From assembly GCA_951406725.2 (NCBI GenBank), contig OX597823.1, positions 28,210,001-28,274,000 on the forward strand: a stretch of DNA of 64,000 nucleotides. Direction: 5' to 3'. Numbering within the stretch: position 1 is the first letter of the stretch; every line of letters begins with the position of its first letter. This document shows positions 15,286 through 27,159 of the stretch, in pieces. The notes beneath the pieces were generated by a model, which saw only the letters and a list, made by a program, of their open reading frames with translations, was not told where the DNA came from and ran no database searches. The translations under genes were made by a program, and so were the position numbers. Source of the stretch: Octopus vulgaris. Taxonomy: Eukaryota.

Positions 15286-15445
15286 GGTGGGTTTCTTTCT
15301 GTTTCCGTCTACCAAATCCACTCACATGCTTTTGCTCGGTCCCTAGGTTATAGCACAAGAGAGTTGCCCAAGGTATCACGGAGTGTGACTGAACCCGGAA
15401 CCATGCGGATGCAAACTTCTTACCACACAGCCACGCCTGCGCCTA
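15005..15445 (-). mobile_element. SINE family A
   Basis: Reverse-complement match to 61262-61701 with internal (TA)n. Confidence 0.85.
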
Positions 15446-15761
15446 TTAGTAGATGAATAAATTAATTTATAAATTTGTCGTCTGCTTCGTTGGTTAATTT
15501 ATTTTGTTACACTCCTCTATTCTCTTCACCGATTTCCATGACCTGTATTTTATTTCTACCAGCTTCGCATCCGTTCAGCTATTTTTATGTATTCTTGTAA
15601 TAGTATATGAGCTTCCGTGTTCTTGCCTATTTGTCCGTATATGGTGTGCGGCTATATCTGTTCCTGTGTGCTTGTGTGTATGTGTGTAAGTTTAACTGGT
15701 TTGTTGATTCCCTGTATGTGTTTGTATATCGTAGTGAGTGTCTATATGGGAAAAGTTTAAA

Positions 15762-16392
15762 GCTGCGAGCTGGCAGAAACGTTAGCACTCCGGGCGAAAT
15801 GTTTAGCGGTATTTCGTCTGCCGTTGCGTTTTGAGTTCAAATTGCGCCGAGGTCGACTTTGCCTTTCATCTTTTCGGGGTCGATAAATTAAGTACCAGTT
15901 GCGCATTGGGGTCGATGTAATCGATTTAATCCCTTTGTCTGTCCTTGTTTGTCCCCTTTATGTTTAGCACCTTGTGGGCAATAAAGAAATAAGAAACGTT
16001 AGCACTCCGGGTTAAATGTTTAGCGGTATTTCGTCGGCCGTTACGTTTTGAGTTCAAATTCAGCTGAGGTCGACTTTGCCTTTCATACTTTCGAGGTCGA
16101 TAAATTAAGTATCAGTTTCGCACTGGGGTCGATATAATCGACTTAATCTGTTTGTCTGTCCTTATTTGTCCTCTCTGTGTTTAGCCCCTTGTGGGTAGTA
16201 AAGAAATAGGTATTTCGTCTGCCGTTACGTTCTGAATTCATATTGCGCGATGTCGACTTTGCTTTTCTTCATACCGGGGTCGATTAAATAAGTGCCAGCT
16301 GTGCACTGAGGTCGATGTAATCGACTTAATGCGTTTGTCTATTCTTGTTTGTTCCCCCTATGTTTTGCCCCCTGTGAGCAATAAAGAAATAA
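15762..16392 (+). mobile_element. Tandem trimer of SINE family B (Deu/Nin-like central domain)
   Basis: Three copies of gtcgactttgcctttcatc...gtcgataaattaagtaccag; units 2 and 3 are 5'-truncated. Confidence 0.85.
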
Positions 16393-16485
16393 ATATATGT
16401 GAAGAGGTTTGTGTATGTTCATTTTGGCTTTAGTTAGGCCTTCGTTTCAATTATACGTATACATACATAATTTATGTACACATAA

Positions 16486-16640
16486 GAGTGGCTGTGTGGT
16501 AAATAGCTTCCTTACCGACCAAATTGTTCCGAGTTTAGTCCCACTGTGTGGCATTTTGGGCAAGTGACTTCTACCATAGACTCGGGCCAACCAAAGCCTT
16601 GTGAGTGGATTTGGTAGACCGAAACTGAAAGAAGACCGTC

Positions 16641-16642
<2 letters not shown>
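16486..16642 (+). mobile_element. SINE family A, 5' half (3' half at 20475-20680)
   Basis: Matches 61268-61425; followed by (TA)n and then satellite sequence. Confidence 0.85.
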
Positions 16643-16698
<56 letters not shown>

Positions 16699-16814
16699 TT
16701 ACTGAAAATTTTTTCGGTGAAAATTTTCGTAAAATTTTTGGTGAAAATTTTCCAAAAATATTCTCTTCTTAGTATTTTATATTTTTTATGCTCTATGTAA
16801 GTATACTAGAATAT

Positions 16815-16897
<83 letters not shown>

Positions 16898-17218
16898 GTG
16901 TGTGTGTGTGTGTGTGTGTGCATATCTTTATGAATATATGTAGATACATGTGTTTGTGTGTGTGCATGTGTGTATGTTTGATGTGTGCCTGGGTGAGTAT
17001 GTAAACATGTATGTATATATGGTTCAAGCGTAATTCCGTTTGATTGCTTCGCTACCTCCATATCAGCCTTTCTTGGCTTATTCTTATAGCCGCAATTGAC
17101 GCCGTGGACTTTGTCCTGGATGAAGCATTCCTACTTTGAGTACACTCTCATTTGAGCACTGCAACGTGTCTTGTATACGGTGCATATCTAGCTCTTACCT
17201 GTTACCTGAATCTATCTT

Positions 17219-17299
<81 letters not shown>

Positions 17300-17579
17300 A
17301 TATATATATACACACTTACATACACACACACACATATGTATATGCATCTTAACTGGCCTAGTATATATTCCTTTTACTTTCCACAACCCAGCATAATAAA
17401 TACCACTGCTACGAAAATATCTGAATAACTAAAATCATAACATGAAACTTAACAACCCAAAAATAAAATACATTACAAGAACTGTACTTCCAAGGAAGAT
17501 TATACGATGGAACACTTAAAAGAATCTTGAATTTTTCCAAGATTATTTTATTCACTTAGTTTTACATGTCTATATTTTT

Positions 17580-17918
17580 TTATCGCTTTCACAGTATTCT
17601 CCATTTGAAGCACTGCATCGGTCCAGACGCGTTTTCTACTGTTCGAAACACGCCAGGATCTCTTGCGATGCAATAACTTTTAACGTCTCTGTCGTATTTT
17701 GCTTCGCCTTTCCACATCTGCAAAACGATTTCCTTTAATGACTTTTTTCACTCGGCGCACAAAATAAAAGTCGCAGGGAGCAAGATCGGATGAATAAGGA
17801 GCGTAGGTAAGCAGAGTCATGCCATTTATAGTCAAAAACTCTTTCACATTCAATGCAGTTTGCACAGGTGCATTGTCGTCATGAAACCACCGATTTTCCC
17901 TTTGCTATAGATCAGGTG
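17580..17918 (-). pseudogene. mariner transposase C-terminal fragment
   Basis: YAPYSSDLAPCDFYF resembles the HPPYSPDLAPxDF motif; downstream RLDRCSASNGEY; frameshifted. Confidence 0.85.
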
Positions 17919-20470
17919 TTTTTCGAAAATTTTCTCCGAAAAATTTTCACCAACAAATTTTACCCAAAAATCTTTCGAAAATGTTCACCGAAAATTTTTC
18001 CCAAATATTTTTCGAAAATTTTCACCGAAAATTTTACCCAAAAATTTTCTGAAAATTTTTCCCGAAAATTCAACCGAAAAATTTTTCGAAAATTTTACCC
18101 AAAAGTTTTTCGAAACTCTTCACCGAAAATATACCCACAAAATTTTCCGAAAATTTTCGCGAAAATTTTACCCAAAAATTTTACCCAAAATTTTACCCAA
18201 AAGTTTTACCCAAAAGTTTTACCCAAAAATTTTACCCAAAACTTTTTCGAAAATGTTCACCGAAAATTTTACGAGAAAATTTTCACCGAAAATTTTTCGA
18301 AAATTTTACCCAAAAATTTTCTGAAAATTTTCACCGAAAATTTTACCCAAAAATTTTTGGAAAATATTCACACAAAATTTTACCCAAATACTTTTCGAAC
18401 ATTTTCACCGGAAAGTTTTCAAAAATTTTCACCGAAAATTTTCCCCAAAATTATCTGGAAATTTTCACAGAAAATTTTACCCAAAAATTTTCTGAAAATT
18501 TTCGCCGAAAATTTTACAAAAATTTTTCAAAATTTTCACCGAAAATATCCTCAAATATTTTTCGAAAATTTTCACCCAAAGATTTTTGAAAATTTTCACC
18601 GAAAATATCCTCAAAATTTTATGAAAATTTTCGCGAAAATTTACCCAAAACTTTTTCGAAAATTTTCACCGAAAAATTTTCAGCAACAAATTTTACCGAA
18701 AATTTTTCGAAAATTTTCACCGAAAATTTTTCGAAAATTTTTTTTACCAAAACTTTTCGAAAATGTTCACCGAAAATTTTACTGAAAATTTTCACCGACA
18801 ATTTTACGAAAATTTTTTTTCGAAAATTTTCACCGAAAATATCCTCACAAAATTTTTCGAAAATTTTCGCGAAAATTTTACCCAAAACTTTTTCGAAAAT
18901 GTTCACCGAAAATTTTACGAGAAAATTTTCACCGACAATTTTTCGAAAATTTTACCCAAAAATTTTTCGAAAATTTTGGCCGAAAATTTTACCCAAAACT
19001 TTTTCGAAAATGTTCACCGAAAATTTTACGAGAAAATTTTCACCGACAATTTTTCGAAAATTTTACCCAAAAATTTTTCGAAAATTTTACCCAAAAATTT
19101 TCTGAAAATTTTCACCGAAAATTTTACCCAAAAATTTTTGCCGAAAATTTTACCCAAAAATTTTTCGAAAATATTCACAGAAAATTTTACCCAGATACTT
19201 TTCGAAAATTTTCACCAGAAATTTTTCAAAAATTTTCACCGAAAATATTCCCCAAAAATTATCTGGAAATTTTCACAGAGAATTTTACCCAAAGATTCTT
19301 CAAAAAGATTCTCCGAAAATTTTACACAAAAATTTTAACCAAAATTTTTGGAAAATGTTCAATGAAAATTTTACCCAAATACCTTTCGAAAATTTTACCC
19401 AAAGATTTTCGAAAATTTTCACCGAAAATTTTACCCAAATATTTTTCTAAAATGTTCACCGAAAATTTTTCCCAAATATTTTTCGAAAATTTTCACCAAA
19501 GAATTTTCGAAAATTTTCACCGAAAATTTTACCCCAAAACTTTCTGAAAATTTTTACCGAAAATTCTAACCAAAAATTTGTCGAAAATTTTACCCAAAAC
19601 TTTTTCGAAAATGTTCACCGAAAATTTACACAAAAATTTTCACCAACAATTTTTCGAAAATTTTACCCAAAAATTTTGCGAAAATGTTCACCGAAAATTT
19701 TTGGGTAAAATTTTCGAAAAATTTTGGATATTTTCGTTGAAAATTTTCGAAAAATTTTTGGGTAGAATTTTCGGTAAAAATTTTCAGAAAATTTTTGGGT
19801 AAAATTTTCGGTGAAAATTTTCGAAAAATTTTTGGTGAAAATTTTGGAAAAATATTTGGGAAAAATTTTCGGTGAACATTTTCGAAAAATTTTTGGGTAA
19901 AATTTTAGGTGAAAATTTTTGAAAAATCTTTGGGTAAAATTCTTGTGAAAATTTCCAGATAATTTTTGGGGAAAATTTTCGGTGAAAATTTTTGAAAAAG
20001 TTTTGGTGAAAATTTTCGAAAAGTATTTGGGTAAAATTTTCTGTGAACATTTTCGAAAAATATTTGGGTATAATTTTCGGTGAAAATTTTTGAAAAATTT
20101 TTGGGTAAAATACTCTGAAAATTTCCAGATAATTTTCATTTTCGAAAAGTATTTGGGTAAAATTTTCGGTGAAAATTTTCGAAAAATATTTGTGAAAAAT
20201 TTTCGGTGAACATTTTCGAAAAATTTTTGGGTAAAATTTTCGAAAAATTGTTTGAAAATTTTTGTGTAAAATTTTCGGTGAACATTTTCGAAAAATTTTT
20301 GGGTAAAATTTTCGAAAAATTGTTGGTGAAAATTTTTGTGTAAAATTTTCGGTGAACATTTTTTCAAAAAAGTTTTGGGTAAAATTTTCACCAAAAATTT
20401 TTCGAAAATTTTCACCGAAAATATCCCCACAAAATTTTTCGAAAGTTTACCCAAAACTTTTTCTATTTGA
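17919..20470. repeat. AT-rich satellite of ~12-13-bp A4T4 subunits with internal inversions
   Basis: Units such as gaaaattttcacc / gaaaattttaccc; orientation flips near 19697 and again near 20383. Confidence 0.95.
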
Positions 20471-20474
20471 AAAT

Positions 20475-20680
20475 GTTTGTGTGTCTTTGTTCCCCAAACA
20501 TCGCTTGACAACCGATGCTGGTGTGTTTACGTCCCCGTAACTTATCGGTTCGGGAAAGAAACCGATAAAATAAGTACTAGGCTTACAAAGTATAAGTCCT
20601 GTGGGCAATTTGCTCGACTAAAGACGGTGCTCCAGCATGGCTGCAGTCAAATGACTAAAACAAATAAAAGAATAAAAGAA
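20475..20680 (+). mobile_element. SINE family A, 3' half
   Basis: cgcttgacaaccgatgctggtgtgtttacgtcccc...gtcaaatgactaaaacaaataaaag. Confidence 0.85.
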
Positions 20681-22684
20681 TATACACAAACACACACATA
20701 TTTATAGAAGAACACAATTCATTAATTCCGTGAACATAATCCATTAATTACAGTTAATTCTTTAGTTTTATACGTTGCGACAGTACGTGGTATATACTTT
20801 CACAAATATGAATATCCCTATGAATATAAATGGTTTTATAATATTACAACCCATCACATGTAATCCGTTCGCCTCTCCTCAGCATAAAAGACAAAGACCT
20901 TTAAGTTACTTCCCTGTAACTTAGAAGCTAAAAGTTCCGATAAACTGTGAAGCAAACTTATGAGAGATGGTTGTTTATCTTCTCGATAAGGATGGTGGAC
21001 ATTGATTCTTAGGTTAATCAGAGAATATTTAGAGTAAATCTGTAGAAAGTGTTCATCAGAAAATGACATCATAATCTTCCTGATTTGCGTATTATTTGTT
21101 CGTGGATCCCGTGGTTAAATGTTAATTGAATATTGTATATTTAATGAAATGCAGCTTAAAACATCTAGACAGGTCTACGGTAAGTTGTTTGAAAGCTTTT
21201 ACTGTGCACATTATGATCGATGCGAAATTTCATTCAAGCAAACTGGAAAATATCTGGAAATTTTCTTACAGGTATTTTTCAGGTATAATTATCTCCATAT
21301 CAGAGAAGACAACTGCTTTTCTTCGGTTACCCAGAGAACTATTAATCTTATTTCCTATAGGTTTAAGATATGTTTTCTATAGATATCTATTGTTTAGTTA
21401 CCTTTATGGTAGGCTAACATATAGTGAATACCACTGAAGAAGGCTATATACAATTTTCTTGAGATGTACCCTTTATGTCAGTCAATATATTGTGAATTCT
21501 TCTTGAATTTTATGTCCTAAGAAGCTACTGTCATAGAAAAAATCGATCAAAAGTGCTGCCAATCTCCACGAGATCAATTTCGATATGAAGGGAGTTTGAC
21601 AATATTAAATGATTCAAATTAACCCTATTTCATTTCTATCATTTCTTATATTTTTTTATCATCTCTAAGGACAATGAGGCCGAAACAAGCATATAAAAAA
21701 ATAAATGTTATCTATTGAAATATCTGCTTTGTCCACAAGTTCTTCGTTATTCATACATTGTTTCTAAATACATTTTATCAAATCAAAATATCAAGTCATT
21801 GGTGAAAATAAAAGTCATAACTGATGGATTCCTCAAAAGTAATTCTATCTTAATTACGAAGTTTAATTAGGTGTTATTATGAAGGCTTGTGAAGTCAAAT
21901 AATTATTTTTTCTCAAAATTAATTATTTGATTTCGCAAATAATTCCTTGGATTTTCATTAGAAAATGAAAAAAAAACCTATTCAAAATATATGTATAAAC
22001 TCAAAACAAATTTTTAATAAAGAGTGCATTGATGGCAATCTCTCACATTTTTTTTCGCACAGTTCTGGATATTGTTTTCGCAATTCGAAACGAAAGTAAA
22101 AGGAACGCATTCTGTCATGACAACGCGAGAGTATGAGACCGAGAAAGGGAGAGAAAGAGGGAGAGAGAGAGAGAGAGAGAGAGAGTGAGAAAGAAAGATA
22201 GAGACAGACAGTAAAAGAGAGGAATAAAGACGGAGAGATGGGGAGAGAAAAAGAGAAAATAATCATTTGATTAGACTGACGTTCATAACCAACACCGAGG
22301 TGAGGCGCAATTAAACCACGTAATTAAGACTTAATTACTTTCAAAATTTGAATTTGTTTTGTGCCAGCTACTAGCAATGGGTTTATGAGATATATAACGA
22401 GGTGAGAGTTTTATCTTCACCTAACTATTTTCTTATAGCAACTGGTCACATGATAGCATTAGTCCTCCGAAATTTACTAGATTATTGATGCTACATGGCT
22501 GAAGTTGTTATCATGGGCGAGTGCTTTATAACTTTTCTATCATTTCTAGACCTATTCAATCGTGTCTAAGAGTAGTATGTCCAAAATAATGAAATATTAA
22601 ACAGAATACCGCCCATTAAACTGCCTCGCCCCCAAAAGACGCTAGCATTGATAATGATTTCTTACTCACATCATTCATACATAC

Positions 22685-22710
<26 letters not shown>

Positions 22711-22718
<8 letters not shown>

Positions 22719-23619
22719 AAAAAAGGTTTGAAAATGCAATTTAAACGATGTTTATTTACTTAACCGGTTTCACTCTTTGGTAAAAGATTGTCAAAAGTTA
22801 CATTTAAGGAAACATTGAATAATATGGGTTCAAAAAAGTTTTTTTACATAATTGTCACATTGAATATTATGCATTCTAAAAAGTTTTTTACATAATTGTC
22901 ACATTGGATATTATGGGTTCAAAAAAAGTTTTTTACATAATTGTCACATTGAATATTATGCATTCAAAAAAGTTTTTTACATAATTGTCACATTGGATAT
23001 TATGAATTCAAAAATGTTTTTTTATACATAATTGTCACATTATTTGGGAAAATTTGGCAGAAAAGGATAAAACAAATATATTATTGGGAATTGGTTGCGT
23101 TAATTATTGGTTGTCGCAAATTGTCACATTACATGTATATATATACAATCTTTGGTATATATATACAGCGTTTTGACAGCAAAAATTAAAATGGATTTTT
23201 TGTACATCTCAGAATATTTTAAGTATGTTTTTACTGACCTGTCAGTATTAGCAGAAAGGCTGAACTGAGAGAACAGAAGAAGTAGCCAATGTGGTGTATA
23301 CTTCCCCTTTATGCATGAATGATTTTGGGGTTATCAGGAGGTTAGTATGCGGGTGTGAATAGATGTGTCCGTGCCTGCTGGTCAGACAGCGTCTGTTTGT
23401 CACACACATATATATACACACAAACACACACACACACAACAACACACACACACACACACATAGTATACAAACACACACCACATACAAACAACACACACAC
23501 ACACAGAACACACACACCCACACACAACGCACCCACATATATCACATATACACACAGCACACAAATATAACATGTATCTATATATAACATACACAGATAT
23601 ATAACACACATACACACAC

Positions 23620-23665
<46 letters not shown>

Positions 23666-24236
23666 TACATACATAATATAAATATCACACAAATACACCT
23701 AGCATATATATACACACATACAATACACACATACAGCATGTAAGTAATATACATACACAATATATGCATGCAATATACATACGCAATACATACATATAAT
23801 ATATATATATATAGACAATGCATATACATATATACACATATACATATAAATAGTGTTTACATACACATACATAGATGTACCACATATACACACAACACAC
23901 ATACATACAATGCATACACATACACGTACGCATACATATAATATATATATACACACACACACACATAACATACATACACACACAATGCATACATATATAT
24001 ACACGCAATGCATATACATGTATTCATGCACATATAGCACACCTACAATATACATATATACAGTGCACACATACACACAAATATATACACTTAATTGTAC
24101 ACGTACATATACAATACACATACATACAATATACATATACACAATGCGCATGCAAATAATGTACATGTTTATACACACATAAACATGCAAATAAATATAC
24201 ACACACACACATACACACACACACATATATATACAC

Positions 24237-24268
<32 letters not shown>

Positions 24269-24348
24269 ATACATACATACATGCACATACATATATTTTT
24301 TCACACACATACACACACATATATATATAAAAAAAATTCACCACCCCC
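22711..24348 (-). repeat. Left pseudo-LTR arm (sense to the ORF)
   Basis: Reverse complement of 27831-29385; has 5 copies of a ~44-bp cataattgtcacatt unit versus 3 in the right arm. Confidence 0.95.
22758..22798 (-). ncRNA. Minimal hammerhead ribozyme motif, U3-A8 core variant
   Basis: Minus strand: ACTT-TTGACAA-tcttt-tacc-aaaga-gt-GAA-ACCGGT-T-AAGT. Confidence 0.6.
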
Positions 24349-24464
24349 CCACACACACAAATTACAAACCTATAGCGTACACACTCAAATATATCTCTAC
24401 ATGCCGCACATACACACAAACAAAGTACTAACATATACACACATACCATGCATATACACACACA

Positions 24465-24506
<42 letters not shown>

Positions 24507-24680
24507 AAACAGATACATATGTAAATACATACACACGTACACAATGCTCACACACACACACACACATACACACACACCCGCACACAGTGCACACACACAC
24601 ACACATATATACACACGTGCACACACACACACACATACAACGCGCGCACACACACATATATACACACACACGCACACAGT

Positions 24681-24712
<32 letters not shown>

Positions 24713-24897
24713 CACTCACACACATACATCACCTACATATATATAATGCATGCGTGTGCATGCCACGTATGTGTGCGGTCAATGCCCGCTAGTGTGTCCT
24801 ATGCGTGCCGATGCGCGCATGTGCCCGCCCGCACGATATGCTGTGAGCGTGCGCGCGTCCCTGTGTGCTTGCTCTGGATGTGCTTCCAGGGAGTATG

Positions 24898-27159
24898 TTA
24901 GAGTATGTTTAGTTGTGGTCTGTATTTTTGAATAAGATTACTTTCCTTATTTATTCGTGTTTGGTCTGTGGTGTTGTCCGAGCATTGGTATAGTGGGAAG
25001 ACTAAGAATTTGGGGGACTTATTGTGTGCACAAAGGTCTAAGTGTCCACTTAGTGGTATCTGTCTTGTGGAGGGGTCCCTCAGTTGTTGTCGGTGAACTG
25101 TCATTCTGTCTCTGAGGGTAAGGCTCGTTTGCCCTATGTAGTCTTCGTGGCATCCTTCACACCTTATGACGTAGAGTAAATTTTTTGATGCGCACGTGAA
25201 GTTATTTTTTATGATGAATGTGTGTCCCGAGTGGAACTTGTACGACGATCCCTCAATGAGGTGGATGCAGGTCTTACAGTTGGGGCGACCACATTTTTTG
25301 ATGGTGGGCGGTGGGTTTGTGTTGTGTAATTTTGCGTTGGTGAGGAGGTTTTTTAGGGATTTAGGTTGTCTCTTACTTTTTATTATTTTATGAGCTGCCA
25401 GTATTTTTTTCAGGCGTGGGTCTTGATTTAGTTGTGGAATGTTGTTGTATATAATAGTGTAAGCTTCTGCATTCCTTGGGTTGTGTGTTGAGAGATAAGG
25501 GAGGCTATTGACTGTACTGTGGATGTGTTTGGGTTTTCGAAGGTCTTGAATGTTGATTGATTTGGCCCGTTCTATTCCGTTGTCTACTAGTGATGCCGGG
25601 TAATGTCTTTCGAGAAGAATTGCCCTTAGTTCCCGGAGTCTTCTATTTCGTGTTGTGTCATTTGAGACAATAGTGCAGATTCTTCTCGCTAGGTTGAAGG
25701 GGATATTTGTCTTTGTGTGTTTTGGGTGATTGGAGGTGAATAGAAGGTATTGTTTAGAGTCAGTGGGTTTGTAATGGATGTCAGTTTCAATGTTGACGCC
25801 TTTTTTAATGATTAGGATGTCAAGAAAAGGGAGTTGGTCCTGACTATATTCCATTGTGAATTGAATGTTGTTATTTACACTGTTGATAAGGTTTTTGAAG
25901 TCTATAAGTTGGTCGAGTGTGTGGGACCATAGGATGAGGCAATCATCTAAGTAGCGTTTCCAGTTCTCCAACAGGTATTTGTGGAAAGACTGGCCGTACT
26001 TATATTTGGATTTTTCATAGATATGTGATTCCAGGTAGGCCATCACCAGGTTTGCATAGGTAGGTGCAACTTTCGTACCCATTGCAGTCCCTGAGACCTG
26101 TCTGTAAGTGTTGTTGTGGAAATACATGAAGTTGTTTTGCAGAATAAATTTGAGGCCCTCAATTATGAATTCTTTTTTAATTCTTTCCGGGATCTCATTG
26201 GGATATTTATCCAGCCAGAATTTAATGGCTTCCAGTCCAAATTCATGTGGGATTGTGGTGTAAAGATTAATAACATCAAAAGAAACGATTAAGGTGTCTT
26301 TATCGGCATGTTTGGGGAGATGGTTTAATAGGTCCAGGTCATCTCTTACAATACTTGGAATGTGTTTCAGTATTGGCTTTAAGATGATATCTATAAAGTT
26401 GCTAAGTCTGTGTGTTTCACAACTTGGGCCTGCCACTATTGGTCTCAGTTTGAGATCAGTGGGATGTGGTATAGTGATGCAGGTTGAAGTGGACTTTTTG
26501 CAAGCTTCTGTGATAATTTTTGGAAGCCCATAGAGTGTGCTGGTTTTGCAATTAAATTTAGTAATGTAGTCGCATTCCTTTGCTGCCAAGTCATTCTGGT
26601 GTTGGTAAATGAGTGCCTTCAGATTGGTCATTGTTTTGGATTGCTGGTAGTCGACTACTCTTTCGTAGTATGTGGTATCCTCTAAAAGGAGAGATACAGA
26701 GTTTTTATATTGCTCAGTATTCATAACAACGACCGTACTACCCTTATCAGCTTCCTTTATTGTGACGTCATGATTGTCTCGTAGCGTATGGATGATTTCC
26801 CATTCTCTTTTACTGGTGTTGGGTTTGAGTTTAGGTTGTGGGAGTTCACCATAAGGGAAGTTGGAGATGTAATCGCAAAATTTGTCTAAGGTTTTGTTTT
26901 TGCCTTTTATGGGATTATAGTTGCTTTTGTTACAGACCATTGATTCGTCGTTATTATTAGTTTTTCTGTCAAAAAATTCCTCTGTGAGGCGTAATTTTCT
27001 GCAAAAGTGCGAGATGTCATCCTGTATTTCCCTCAGGTTAGGGTATTGCGGAGTTGGGGTGAATTTTAGTCCTCTTGAAAGGATTTTTATTTGTGGTGTC
27101 GACAGGTTTAGGTTAGAAAGATTCACTATTTTTGGTTTTTCGGGGTTGGTATCTACCAT
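24898..27159 (-). CDS. Penelope-like (Neptune clade) reverse transcriptase + GIY-YIG endonuclease, 753 aa
   Basis: ADKG, LRPIV, SFDVINLYT, QVSGTAMG, RYLDD, LPFLD RT motifs; CGRPNCKTC linker; NLLYVIRCEGCHEDYIGQT GIY-YIG. Confidence 0.95.
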   Translation of the reverse strand: MVDTNPEKPKIVNLSNLNLSTPQIKILSRGLKFTPTPQYPNLREIQDDISHFCRKLRLTEEFFDRKTNNNDESMVCNKSNYNPIKGKNKTLDKFCDYISNFPYGELPQPKLKPNTSKREWEIIHTLRDNHDVTIKEADKGSTVVVMNTEQYKNSVSLLLEDTTYYERVVDYQQSKTMTNLKALIYQHQNDLAAKECDYITKFNCKTSTLYGLPKIITEACKKSTSTCITIPHPTDLKLRPIVAGPSCETHRLSNFIDIILKPILKHIPSIVRDDLDLLNHLPKHADKDTLIVSFDVINLYTTIPHEFGLEAIKFWLDKYPNEIPERIKKEFIIEGLKFILQNNFMYFHNNTYRQVSGTAMGTKVAPTYANLVMAYLESHIYEKSKYKYGQSFHKYLLENWKRYLDDCLILWSHTLDQLIDFKNLINSVNNNIQFTMEYSQDQLPFLDILIIKKGVNIETDIHYKPTDSKQYLLFTSNHPKHTKTNIPFNLARRICTIVSNDTTRNRRLRELRAILLERHYPASLVDNGIERAKSINIQDLRKPKHIHSTVNSLPYLSTHNPRNAEAYTIIYNNIPQLNQDPRLKKILAAHKIIKSKRQPKSLKNLLTNAKLHNTNPPPTIKKCGRPNCKTCIHLIEGSSYKFHSGHTFIIKNNFTCASKNLLYVIRCEGCHEDYIGQTSLTLRDRMTVHRQQLRDPSTRQIPLSGHLDLCAHNKSPKFLVFPLYQCSDNTTDQTRINKESNLIQKYRPQLNIL

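Noticed and set aside
17853-20511. Long F/K/E/N-rich ORFs (up to 310 aa)
   Set aside because: Translations of the A4T4 satellite, open on both strands; no domain motifs
22813-23041. ~44-bp repeats as a CRISPR-like array
   Set aside because: The intervening sequences are themselves near-identical, so this is a tandem minisatellite within the pLTR; eukaryotic context
23248-24935. Many C/V/Y/I/H/T-rich ORFs here and throughout the window
   Set aside because: Dinucleotide and trinucleotide microsatellite translations
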